NCBI GenBank assembly: GCA_016184305.1
Contig: JACPCX010000189.1
Coordinates: 1-25,293 of the forward strand
DNA length: 25,293 nt
Reading direction: 5' to 3'
DNA from: Candidatus Rokuibacteriota bacterium
GTDB taxonomy: Bacteria > Methylomirabilota > Methylomirabilia > Rokubacteriales > CSP1-6
Part shown: positions 16,311-25,293 of the stretch, in pieces
Layout of the letters: each line of letters begins with the position of its first letter
Numbering within the stretch: position 1 is the first letter of the stretch
Program-made: the position numbers and the translations under genes
Notes under the pieces: model-generated
What the model was told of the DNA's origin: nothing
The model's database searches: none
Seen by the model: the letters and a program-made list of their open reading frames with translations, nothing else

Positions 16311-16838
16311 TCACCGTGGATGTGCGCCATTCGACGGCCGCGTCTGGCGCGCATCCCCACGAAGAGCCTTCCCCGCTTGCACGAGCGCCTGAAGGCTCAG
16401 CGCAAGGAACCCGATCGGAATCACTGCCTGGACCAGAACCAGGGGGATCTCGGCCTCGTCGGAGCGCAATCCCTGGGCAAATGCGATCGACGCGAGCCGC
16501 CACCCAGCCCAGCACGAGAGCACCCCATAGGCGACGAAGAGCGTGACCGACAGCAGGTGGAGGCCTTTTCGCGCGCGCGCGGAGAGCACGCCGGTGAAGA
16601 CCTCGGTCGCCACATGCGCGCCGTGCCGGAGCGCGTAGGCGAGGCCCAGGGCGACCACGGGCAGGAAGCTGAAGCGGGCGAACTCGTTCGCCCACGCCAC
16701 CGGGGACCGAAGGGCGTAGCGCATGACCACCCCGTAGCACACGACCAGCATCATCCCGAGCAGCGCGACACCGGCAATCCGCGCCAGGACCTCGCTCAGC
16801 CGCTCGATCGTCGCGGGCACCGTGCGGAGCCCTCCCAT
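16311..16838 (-). CDS. dctQ: TRAP transporter small permease
   Basis: Four hydrophobic segments; VVMRYAL..P..WANE, AYALRHGAHV; lies between dctP and dctM. Start set to the ATG at 16838 to avoid overlap with dctP. Confidence 0.92.
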   Translation of the reverse strand: MGGLRTVPATIERLSEVLARIAGVALLGMMLVVCYGVVMRYALRSPVAWANEFARFSFLPVVALGLAYALRHGAHVATEVFTGVLSARARKGLHLLSVTLFVAYGVLSCWAGWRLASIAFAQGLRSDEAEIPLVLVQAVIPIGFLALSLQALVQAGKALRGDARQTRPSNGAHPR

Positions 16839-16864
16839 CCGCTCGCCCCCGGAGGACGCCCGCG

Positions 16865-17893
16865 TCACTTGAGCGTCTCGCGGATCTTCTCGAAGCGCGT
16901 CCAGTCCGCCCCCCACGTCTTTGCCATCTCGTCATAGAACGGCTTCAGGGCCGCCTTCCACCGCGCAAGTTCCTCGGCGGGGACCTCGTAGACCTCCACC
17001 TTGGGCTTCATGCTCTTGAGCTGGTTGATCACCTCGGTGGTGTCCTGCCTGATCCTCCGGTAGTACTGCTTGTCGGCCTCCACGAACGTCTCCCAGACCA
17101 GTGCCCGCATGTCTTGAGGCAGGCCGTTGAAGAACTTGAGATTCATGATCACCGGGAGGGAGCCCGTGTAGAGGTTGGCGATCTGGATATGCGGGGCCAC
17201 CTCGAAATACTTCTCGCTGAAGATGCTGGAGATCGCCAGCGTCCCGCCGTCCACGGTCCCGCGCTGGATGGCGTTGAAGAGCTCCGAGGTGGGGATGAAG
17301 ATGGGCTCCGCGCCCAGCAGCTTGAGCGGGTCCTTGAGGCTACTGACCGTCCTCAGCATCTTGCCCTTGAAGTCTTCCAATTTCCGGATCGGCTTCGATG
17401 AGAAGACCTCCCCGTGCGGGACGTTCGGCCAGCTCATCAGCTTCAGCCCGTTCTTCTCGAAATACGGTGCCGCGAAGTCGTAAAAGCTGCCCGGCTCTCG
17501 GTAGTGCTCCCCGAACTTGTAGGCGTCCCAGTTCCAGGGGGAGTTCGCGACAGCGGCCACGACGGCCATCCGCTTGGGCTCATACGCGGCCGAGGTGAGC
17601 GCGATCTGCACCACGTTATCGATGACCGCATCGAAGGCCTTGGCCAGCTTGACGAGGGACTCTGCCGGATAGTGGTCCACCTTGATGCGCCCATTGGAGC
17701 GCTTCTCGAGCATCTCCTTGACGGTCTCCAGGTGAATCCGGATCGGATAGCTCGGCCCCCCGTACGAGGCCATCTTGATCGTGATCGGTTCCGCGGACTC
17801 CGCTCGCGGGACCCACGCGAAGGCCGCCACGCCGAGGCTGACCGCCACGGCCATTCCAGCCCGGTACACCGCCTTGACGCGTCCCCTCTTCAT
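16865..17893 (-). CDS. dctP: TRAP transporter substrate-binding protein
   Basis: Signal peptide; KPIRKLEDFKGKMLR (conserved carboxylate-binding Arg position), LGAEP, ELFNAIQRGTVDG. Confidence 0.95.
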   Translation of the reverse strand: MKRGRVKAVYRAGMAVAVSLGVAAFAWVPRAESAEPITIKMASYGGPSYPIRIHLETVKEMLEKRSNGRIKVDHYPAESLVKLAKAFDAVIDNVVQIALTSAAYEPKRMAVVAAVANSPWNWDAYKFGEHYREPGSFYDFAAPYFEKNGLKLMSWPNVPHGEVFSSKPIRKLEDFKGKMLRTVSSLKDPLKLLGAEPIFIPTSELFNAIQRGTVDGGTLAISSIFSEKYFEVAPHIQIANLYTGSLPVIMNLKFFNGLPQDMRALVWETFVEADKQYYRRIRQDTTEVINQLKSMKPKVEVYEVPAEELARWKAALKPFYDEMAKTWGADWTRFEKIRETLK

Positions 17894-17968
17894 CGCGTGC
17901 CCTCCCCGCTCACTGGGTTCGTGTCTCGCTGGTGACAGCAGCCATGCAGGGCCTCGATGGCGTCCCCG

Positions 17969-19540
<1,572 letters not shown>

Positions 19541-19560
19541 TCCTCGGTGTCCGGGTCCGG

Positions 19561-19905
19561 TCAGGCCACGTCGAAGAACGGCACGTGCGGCTCCGCGTCG
19601 ACCTGTGCGACGACCATCGGGGTGCCGACCTGGATACGCTCCGGGTCCCCACGGAACACCCCGAAGGCCTGGCATCCGGTGTCCAGCTTGACGAGCACGC
19701 TGACGTAGCGCCCCAGGCCCTTCAGGTTCTCCGGGGGAAACAGAACCGGCACGAAGTCCACCACGTGGCCTCCGGTCAGAGGCTCCGGGGACATTCCCCC
19801 GCCGCTCCCGCAGCGCGGGCACACGGCCTTGGCGACCGCGCTCGTGTAGTCGCAACTCCGACACCGAAAGCTGCAGGGGAACGGTTGTTCCGGCGTCTGT
19901 GCCAT
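19561..19905 (-). CDS. DUF35 (Zn-ribbon + OB-fold) thiolase partner protein
   Basis: CRSC...CPRCGS zinc ribbon followed by YVSVLVKLD.G...G...IQVGTPM OB-fold pattern; starts 7 nt after the thiolase stop. Confidence 0.88.
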   Translation of the reverse strand: MAQTPEQPFPCSFRCRSCDYTSAVAKAVCPRCGSGGGMSPEPLTGGHVVDFVPVLFPPENLKGLGRYVSVLVKLDTGCQAFGVFRGDPERIQVGTPMVVAQVDAEPHVPFFDVA

Positions 19906-19912
19906 GCCGGGC

Positions 19913-21082
19913 TCACTCCTTCCGCAGTATGGTCACCGTCACCGCGGTGCCGGTGCCGCCCACGTTGACGGTCAGCCCCACCTCGGGGTTCCGGGCCCGC
20001 TTCCCCTCGAAGTCCCCGCGGAGCTGCCTCGCGATCTCGCAGAGCTGATACGCGCCGGTGGCCCCGACGGGATGCCCCCGCGCCTTGAGGCCGCCCGACA
20101 GGTTGACGGGGACATCTCCATCGAAGTACGTGCGCCGCTCCTCCGCGGCGTGGATCCCCTCGCCCTCCTTGAAGAACCGCGCGCTTTCCAGGCACACGAC
20201 CTCGTGGATGTTCACGCAATCGTGCACCTCGGTGACGCCGACATCCGCCGGGCCCAGGCCCGCCTGGCGGAACGCGTCGGCGGCGGCCTTGGCGATGGCG
20301 GGGTTGACCGACAGATCCGCGTGGTCGGCGATCGAGAAGCCGCCGGAGGCCTGGCCCGAGCCGGCGATCCAGACGGGCTTCGCGCAGTTCCTGGCGATGT
20401 CCTCGGAAGCGAGGACGAGCGCAGCCGCTCCGTCGGAGAACGGGCTGCAGTCCATGACCCGTATCGGCGGCGCCACCAGCGGGCTGCTCATGATGTCCTC
20501 CAGCGTCACCTCCCGCTGAAGGTGGGCCTTCCCGTTCACGGCGCCGTGACAGTGGTTCTTCACGGAGATGTGCGCGAGCAGCTCCTGAAGTCTCCTCTCG
20601 GCGAGATGATGCTTTCGGGCATAGGCCCTGGCCACATACGCCCAGTAGGCGGCGAAGGTCAGCCCGGCGTTCCGCTCGGTCAGGTCCATGGAGGTGGCCA
20701 TGGCCTGCTGGACGACACTGCCGGGCACCGCACGGAGGCGTTCCGTCCCACCCACGAGCACGACGTCGTACACGCCACTGAGGATGTTCAGGTACCCCTG
20801 TCGGAACGCGATGCTGCCGCTGGCGCAGGCGGCCTCGTACCGGGCGCAGGGGATGAGGCTCTCGACCCCCATCGCCGACAGCACCTTGGGAGCCATGTTC
20901 GTCTGGGCCTCGGTGAAGTCGCTGTAGACATTGCCCAGGTGCAGGGCCTCGATGCGCGAGAGCGGAAGGCCCGCCTCTCCGACTGCCTCCCTGGCCGCCG
21001 TCGCGAAGAGGTCCCAGGAGGGCATGGCGCTGGTACCCGACGGCGTCATGCCCGTGCCGATCACGGCTACCCTCTTCGCCAT
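19913..21082 (-). CDS. Thiolase, SCP2/archaeal type
   Basis: EAACASG (nucleophilic Cys retained), DCSPFSDGAAA, EVHDC, VNLSGGLKARGHPVGATG. Confidence 0.95.
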   Translation of the reverse strand: MAKRVAVIGTGMTPSGTSAMPSWDLFATAAREAVGEAGLPLSRIEALHLGNVYSDFTEAQTNMAPKVLSAMGVESLIPCARYEAACASGSIAFRQGYLNILSGVYDVVLVGGTERLRAVPGSVVQQAMATSMDLTERNAGLTFAAYWAYVARAYARKHHLAERRLQELLAHISVKNHCHGAVNGKAHLQREVTLEDIMSSPLVAPPIRVMDCSPFSDGAAALVLASEDIARNCAKPVWIAGSGQASGGFSIADHADLSVNPAIAKAAADAFRQAGLGPADVGVTEVHDCVNIHEVVCLESARFFKEGEGIHAAEERRTYFDGDVPVNLSGGLKARGHPVGATGAYQLCEIARQLRGDFEGKRARNPEVGLTVNVGGTGTAVTVTILRKE

Positions 21083-21186
21083 GACGAGATTCCTCCCTTA
21101 CTGAGGCCAGGTCCCGACGAAACGCGGGCTCGGGTCGGAGGCGACCTCAACGCTCCCGCCGGCAACGGGGCAGCAGGCACGGCCCA

Positions 21187-22605
21187 TCAGACGCCACCCT
21201 GGATCTCGCGCGCCGCCGTGCGGCCGGCGAGCCGGCCGACGCCGAGCGCAGCGAGCAGGCCGCTGCCCGAGGCGTAGCCAGCGCCGCCTGCGTGCCCGGC
21301 GATTCCAGCGGCAGCGCCTCCGCCGGCGAGCAGGTTCGGGATCGCCCGCCCATCGGCGCGGAGCACGCGGCCCGCGATGTCGATCTTGAGTCCCCCCTGG
21401 GTGTTGAAGAGACCCGGGACGACGCGACAGCTGAAATAGGGCGGCTCGAGAGGAGCCAAGCCGAAGCTGGAGCGGCCAAAGGGGTCCGGCGTGTGGGCCC
21501 GCGCGGCCTCATTGTACGCAGTCAGAGCCGCATCGAGCCGATGCCCGGCGAGCCCGGCCGCGGCGGCCAGGGCTGTGACCGACGTGGCGCTCCTGGCGCC
21601 GCCCATCTCGAGGAGCGTGCGGAACTCCTCTTCTCGCGCGGCGATCTCGCGGATGCGCTCATCGAAGATCGCGAAGGTCGGGGCCGGCTGCCGCATCACC
21701 TTGCCGGCAAATCCCGAGTAGCCGACCGACTCATCGCCGAACCGCTCCCCCTCGGCGTTCACGATGACCCCGCCCTTCTCGATGGTCGTCCACGACAGGA
21801 GGGAGCCGTGCGGGTAGGCCACGACAGCGTAGCCAAGGTAGGCCGCCATGTTCGCGAGCGCGGCGCCGACCCGACGCCCCCAGAGCACGGCCTCGCCGGT
21901 GCTGCCTTCCCCGCCGAAGTACCGGGAACCGGCGATCTCCGGGCAGTACGTGCGCACCATCTCTGGATTGGCCCCGAACCCATTGGTCGCCAGGATCAGC
22001 TTGCGGGCGCCAATCCGCGTCTCCAGTGTCCGATCGCCCTCGACCACGGCACCGATCACGGCGCCCGCGTCGTCCACGACCAGGTCACGCACGGGGTTCG
22101 CGAGCGCGATGGGGATGCCGCGCTTCTCGACCGCGCCCGTCAGGTCGTCGACCAGGTCCTGGCCCCTGCGCGATCTCGGCCCGTGCAGGCGGGGAACGGA
22201 GTGGCCGACATGGCGATAATCCGTGACGATCGCCAGACGGGCCCCGACCTCGTCCACGAGCCACTCCACCAGCCCAGCCGACTCCTGCACGAGAACCCGA
22301 CACAGGTCGGTCATCTCGTGCGGGCCAGTCAGGGTCATGAAGTCCTCGAGCATCAGCTCCGCCGAGTCCTCTATCCCCGCCTCCCGCTGAAAGCGGGTGC
22401 CGGCGGCGGCCACCGAGCCGGTACTGACCGTGGTGTCGCCGCTGAGGCGAGCGGACTTCTCGACGACGGCGACCTTGGCCACGCCCGCGTCGTGAGCGGC
22501 GATGGCAGCCACGAGGCCGCAGCCTCCCGCCCCGACCACCAGCACATCCACCTCCTGGTCCCAGCTCACGCCGCTCGTCAAGAGCGTCTCTCCCTGCCCG
22601 CACAC
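21187..22605 (-). CDS. SdhA/KstD-family FAD-dependent oxidoreductase (3-ketosteroid dehydrogenase-like fold)
   Basis: WDQEVDVLVVGAGGCG, GHSVPRLH, LATNGFGAN, G.RFGDES, LFNTQGGL, GYASGSGL. Start uncertain (GTG 22605 or TTG 22581). Confidence 0.88.
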   Translation of the reverse strand: MCGQGETLLTSGVSWDQEVDVLVVGAGGCGLVAAIAAHDAGVAKVAVVEKSARLSGDTTVSTGSVAAAGTRFQREAGIEDSAELMLEDFMTLTGPHEMTDLCRVLVQESAGLVEWLVDEVGARLAIVTDYRHVGHSVPRLHGPRSRRGQDLVDDLTGAVEKRGIPIALANPVRDLVVDDAGAVIGAVVEGDRTLETRIGARKLILATNGFGANPEMVRTYCPEIAGSRYFGGEGSTGEAVLWGRRVGAALANMAAYLGYAVVAYPHGSLLSWTTIEKGGVIVNAEGERFGDESVGYSGFAGKVMRQPAPTFAIFDERIREIAAREEEFRTLLEMGGARSATSVTALAAAAGLAGHRLDAALTAYNEAARAHTPDPFGRSSFGLAPLEPPYFSCRVVPGLFNTQGGLKIDIAGRVLRADGRAIPNLLAGGGAAAGIAGHAGGAGYASGSGLLAALGVGRLAGRTAAREIQGGV

Positions 22606-22629
22606 CGGGTGAACATCCCCCCTGATCCG

Positions 22630-23421
22630 TCAGCGATCCGCACGGCGGAACTTCGAAAAGTCAGCGGGCCGCTTCTCGAGAAACGCGCGCGCGCCCTCCT
22701 GCTGCTCCTCCTCCCAGAACTCGCGATTGGTCAGGTATCGCCTGAGCTGGTCTCCCTGCCCGGACAGGTAGCTGAACTCCTCCACGAACGACGCCTTGAG
22801 GATCCTCAGGCACGTCGGTGAAAGCGCCAGGAGCTCCTGGCACCACTTGTCCACCTCTTCGTCCAGCTTCTCCATCGGCACCACGGCGTTCACCAGCCCC
22901 ATCTCCAGCGCCTGCCTGGCGCTGTAGCGGCGGGAGAGCATCCACATCTCCCGCGCGCGCTTGGCGCCGATCACTCGCGTGAGGTAGCTCACGATGGCGC
23001 CGCAGGCAGGACTGCCGACCCGCGGCCCGTTCTGGCCGAAGATGGCGTGCTCGGCCGCGATCGTGAAATCGCAGAAGTAGGCCAGGTGGTTGGCCCCGCC
23101 GATGCAGTAGCCGTTCACCCGGGCGATGACGGGCTTCGGGCACTGAGACACCGTCTGGTGCATCAGGTACGGCTCGAGGATCTGGCGCTCGAGCCCCCCC
23201 TCCTTCTCCCAGTTCACGTCGCCCCCGGCGGAGAACGCCTTCTCGCCGGTCCCGGTGAGGACGATCACCCCCACCTCGCCATCCCCGCCGGCGGCCTCGA
23301 AGGCCAGCGTCAGCTCCTTCAGCGTGTCGCCGGTGAACGCGTTGTACTGCTTCGGCCGGTCGATCGTGATGCGCGCCACGTGGTCCTTCTTCTCGTAGAA
23401 GATGTCCTTGTACGTCGCCAC
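22630..23421 (-). CDS. Crotonase-superfamily enzyme, MenB/BadI-like (candidate beta-ketoacyl-CoA ring hydrolase)
   Basis: DIFYEK..VARITIDRP..YNAF, AFSAGGD, ARVNGYCIGG, FGQNGPRVGS, IGAKRAREMW, EG..AFLEKR.ADF. GTG start at 23421 with AGGAGG RBS. Confidence 0.88.
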   Translation of the reverse strand: MATYKDIFYEKKDHVARITIDRPKQYNAFTGDTLKELTLAFEAAGGDGEVGVIVLTGTGEKAFSAGGDVNWEKEGGLERQILEPYLMHQTVSQCPKPVIARVNGYCIGGANHLAYFCDFTIAAEHAIFGQNGPRVGSPACGAIVSYLTRVIGAKRAREMWMLSRRYSARQALEMGLVNAVVPMEKLDEEVDKWCQELLALSPTCLRILKASFVEEFSYLSGQGDQLRRYLTNREFWEEEQQEGARAFLEKRPADFSKFRRADR

Positions 23422-23497
23422 CGCTGGTCCCTCCTGGGTCCTGCCGGCCTCGCCGCCCCGGGGGCGGGATGGGCGAGGGCTGTCGGGGAACATCGTG

Positions 23498-24538
23498 TCA
23501 TGCAAACTGCCCGATGATTTCCTCTCCGAAGATCCTGAGCGCCGACATGATCTTCTCGTGGGGCGGCCCGTCGGCGTGCGCCTGCCGGAGCCGAAGCACG
23601 AGGCACTCTGCGCCGGTCTCCTCCTGCCAGCGCTTGATCTGCGCGACGCAATCCGCCGCTGACCCGAGAAGGATGCGGTCCTCGGCCATCCGGTCGAAGG
23701 TCACGTCTGACTCGGCGACGACGCCCTGCAAGGCCGGGTCCAGCTCATCCACGAAGGCCTTGTTCCTCCAGTAGTAGCGGAACATGTGAAGCATGTTGCC
23801 CGCTGCCTCCTCGTAGGCCTCCTGGCGAGTCCTGGCCACCCAGGCGTCCCGCATGAGGACGGTACACGGGCGCCTCTGCTGGCCTTCGGCAAGCCTCCGG
23901 TACGCCGCCTGCTGGGGCTTGAGGACGGCCAGGTGCTGCAGCGGATCCGTCACCCAGGCGTCTCCCCATCGAGCCGCGCGCTCGAGGGCCTTCTGGCTCG
24001 AGCCGCCAACCCAGATGGGCGGGTGGGGCTTCTGCACCGGCCGAGGGCGCTGGCTGACATCCTGGAGCGTGAAGTGTCGTCCCCGAAAGCTGAACGCCTC
24101 CTCGGTCCAGCAGGCGCGGATGATCTGCAAGCCCTCGTCCAGCAGCGACCCGCGCTGCGTCGCCGGGACGCCGAAGGGCGTGAAGTCCCGCGGCTGATAT
24201 CCCGCCCCCACGCCCAGGATGCAGCGGCCGTTCGAGATGACGTCCAGCGTGGCGGCGTCCTCCGCGACCTTGAAGGGGTGCTGGAGGGGAAGCAGCAGCA
24301 CGCCCGTCCCGAGCCGGAGCCGCTCGGTCCTCGCCGCGATGGCGGCCAGCAGCAGGAGAGGGGACGGCAGGAATCCGTCCGGATCCTGATGATGCTCGCC
24401 CACCAGGCAGAAATCGAAGCCGCACTGCTCCGCGAGCTCGGCCTCCCGGCGCGTCTCCTCCACCCGTCGAACCAGCGCCTTGCCGGCGGGAGGGTCCGCC
24501 ACCGCCATGTAGATCCCGAATCGAAGCCGCTCGGCCAC
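23498..24538 (-). CDS. LLM-class (luciferase-like) flavin-dependent oxidoreductase
   Basis: GEHH..DGFLPSP, AARTERLRLGTGV, AEDAATLDVISNGR..LGVGAGY, PRPVQKPHPPIWVGG. Confidence 0.93.
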   Translation of the reverse strand: MAERLRFGIYMAVADPPAGKALVRRVEETRREAELAEQCGFDFCLVGEHHQDPDGFLPSPLLLLAAIAARTERLRLGTGVLLLPLQHPFKVAEDAATLDVISNGRCILGVGAGYQPRDFTPFGVPATQRGSLLDEGLQIIRACWTEEAFSFRGRHFTLQDVSQRPRPVQKPHPPIWVGGSSQKALERAARWGDAWVTDPLQHLAVLKPQQAAYRRLAEGQQRRPCTVLMRDAWVARTRQEAYEEAAGNMLHMFRYYWRNKAFVDELDPALQGVVAESDVTFDRMAEDRILLGSAADCVAQIKRWQEETGAECLVLRLRQAHADGPPHEKIMSALRIFGEEIIGQFA

Positions 24539-24582
24539 TGGTGTTCCCCCCCTTCAGCGAGAACGAGCCACCCGGTCCCGGT

Positions 24583-25287
24583 TCAGAACAGATCCCACAG
24601 ATCCTGGCGCGAGAGGAGCTCGGCCGAGGGCGCCTCCAGGACCACCTTCCCGAGCTTCATGACGAACACGCGCTCGGAGACCCGGAGGACCTGCCGCACG
24701 TTCTGCTCGACGATCAAGACCGAGCTGTTGAAGGTGTCCCGGATCCTGACCACCGACTCCATCACCTGCTGGACGAGCACCGGCGCCAGGCCGATGGACG
24801 GCTCATCGAGCAGCAGGAGCCGCGGCTTCTGCATCAGGGCCATCCCGATGGCGAGCATCTGCTGCTGCCCGCCGCTGAGCGCCCCCGCCAGCTCCCGGCG
24901 CTTCTCGGCCAGCGCAGGGAACAGCTCGAACACCGCCGCCATCCGGAGGCGGATCTCCTCCGCCGCCACCTTGAGCACGAAGGCCGCGACCTCCAGGTTC
25001 TCGCTCGCCGGCAGGTCCGAGAACACGAAGCGGCCCTGCGGCACGAGGCTGATCCCCGTCTGGACATTCCGGTTCACGGTGCGATGCGCGATGGAGCGCC
25101 CGTCGAAGGAGATGTGCCCCCCACCGGTCGGCAGCAGGCCGTGGACGGTCTTGAGCGTCGTGGACTTCCCGGCACCGTTGTGGCCGATCAGCGCCACGAT
25201 CTCTCCCACGTTCACGGCGAGGTTGACGCCGGAGAGCACCTGCTTCTTGCCGTAGCTGGCCCGGACATCCGTCAACTCCAGGAGCAC
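24583..25287 (-). CDS. livF: Branched-chain amino acid-type ABC transporter ATP-binding protein (true start may lie just outside the window)
   Basis: GHNGAGKST Walker A, LSGGQQQMLA signature, LLLLDEPSIGLAP, IVEQN. Confidence 0.93.
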   Translation of the reverse strand: MLLELTDVRASYGKKQVLSGVNLAVNVGEIVALIGHNGAGKSTTLKTVHGLLPTGGGHISFDGRSIAHRTVNRNVQTGISLVPQGRFVFSDLPASENLEVAAFVLKVAAEEIRLRMAAVFELFPALAEKRRELAGALSGGQQQMLAIGMALMQKPRLLLLDEPSIGLAPVLVQQVMESVVRIRDTFNSSVLIVEQNVRQVLRVSERVFVMKLGKVVLEAPSAELLSRQDLWDLF

Positions 25288-25293
25288 CCGCGC

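Noticed and set aside
22630..23421. Calling this menB and the CoA ligase menE (menaquinone synthesis)
   Set aside because: No other men genes are present, the active-site loop differs and the context is catabolic.

Overview
GC-rich bacterial DNA with almost all real genes on the minus strand. Its style resembles Candidatus Rokubacteria/Methylomirabilota metagenomic contigs, but that is only an impression. Reading right to left there are four parts. (1) A long catabolic run, 25287 to 10455: LivF ABC ATPase, luciferase-like (LLM) oxidoreductase, BadI/MenB-like crotonase, SdhA/KstD-family flavoprotein, SCP2-type thiolase with DUF35 partner, acyl-CoA ligase, TRAP DctPQM, two hydantoin-racemase-like paralogs that both lack the catalytic cysteines, and two DUF362 paralogs with reciprocally degenerate motifs. 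(2) A ~2 kb zone of gene remnants, 8533-10300: a sigma-54 activator fragment, an internally deleted Opp/Dpp ATPase and an in-frame EtfB::EtfA deletion fusion. An intact XRE-HTH gene and an unannotated 27-aa desulforedoxin-like Cys4 mini-gene sit inside it. (3) Two more SdhA-family flavoproteins, an ICL/PEP-mutase-family lyase and a TIGR04076-like Cys protein. (4) A small coiled-coil protein, an M16 zinc protease and an AHL-lactonase-type MBL hydrolase, ending in a breakpoint near 210 that truncates both an acyl-CoA dehydrogenase and a minus-strand gene. I saw no rRNA, tRNA, CRISPR array or transposase. The best candidate for an undescribed system is the racemase-pair/DUF362-pair module attached to the TRAP/CoA-ligase/thiolase pathway. 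All family calls come from motif recognition by eye, not from database searches.
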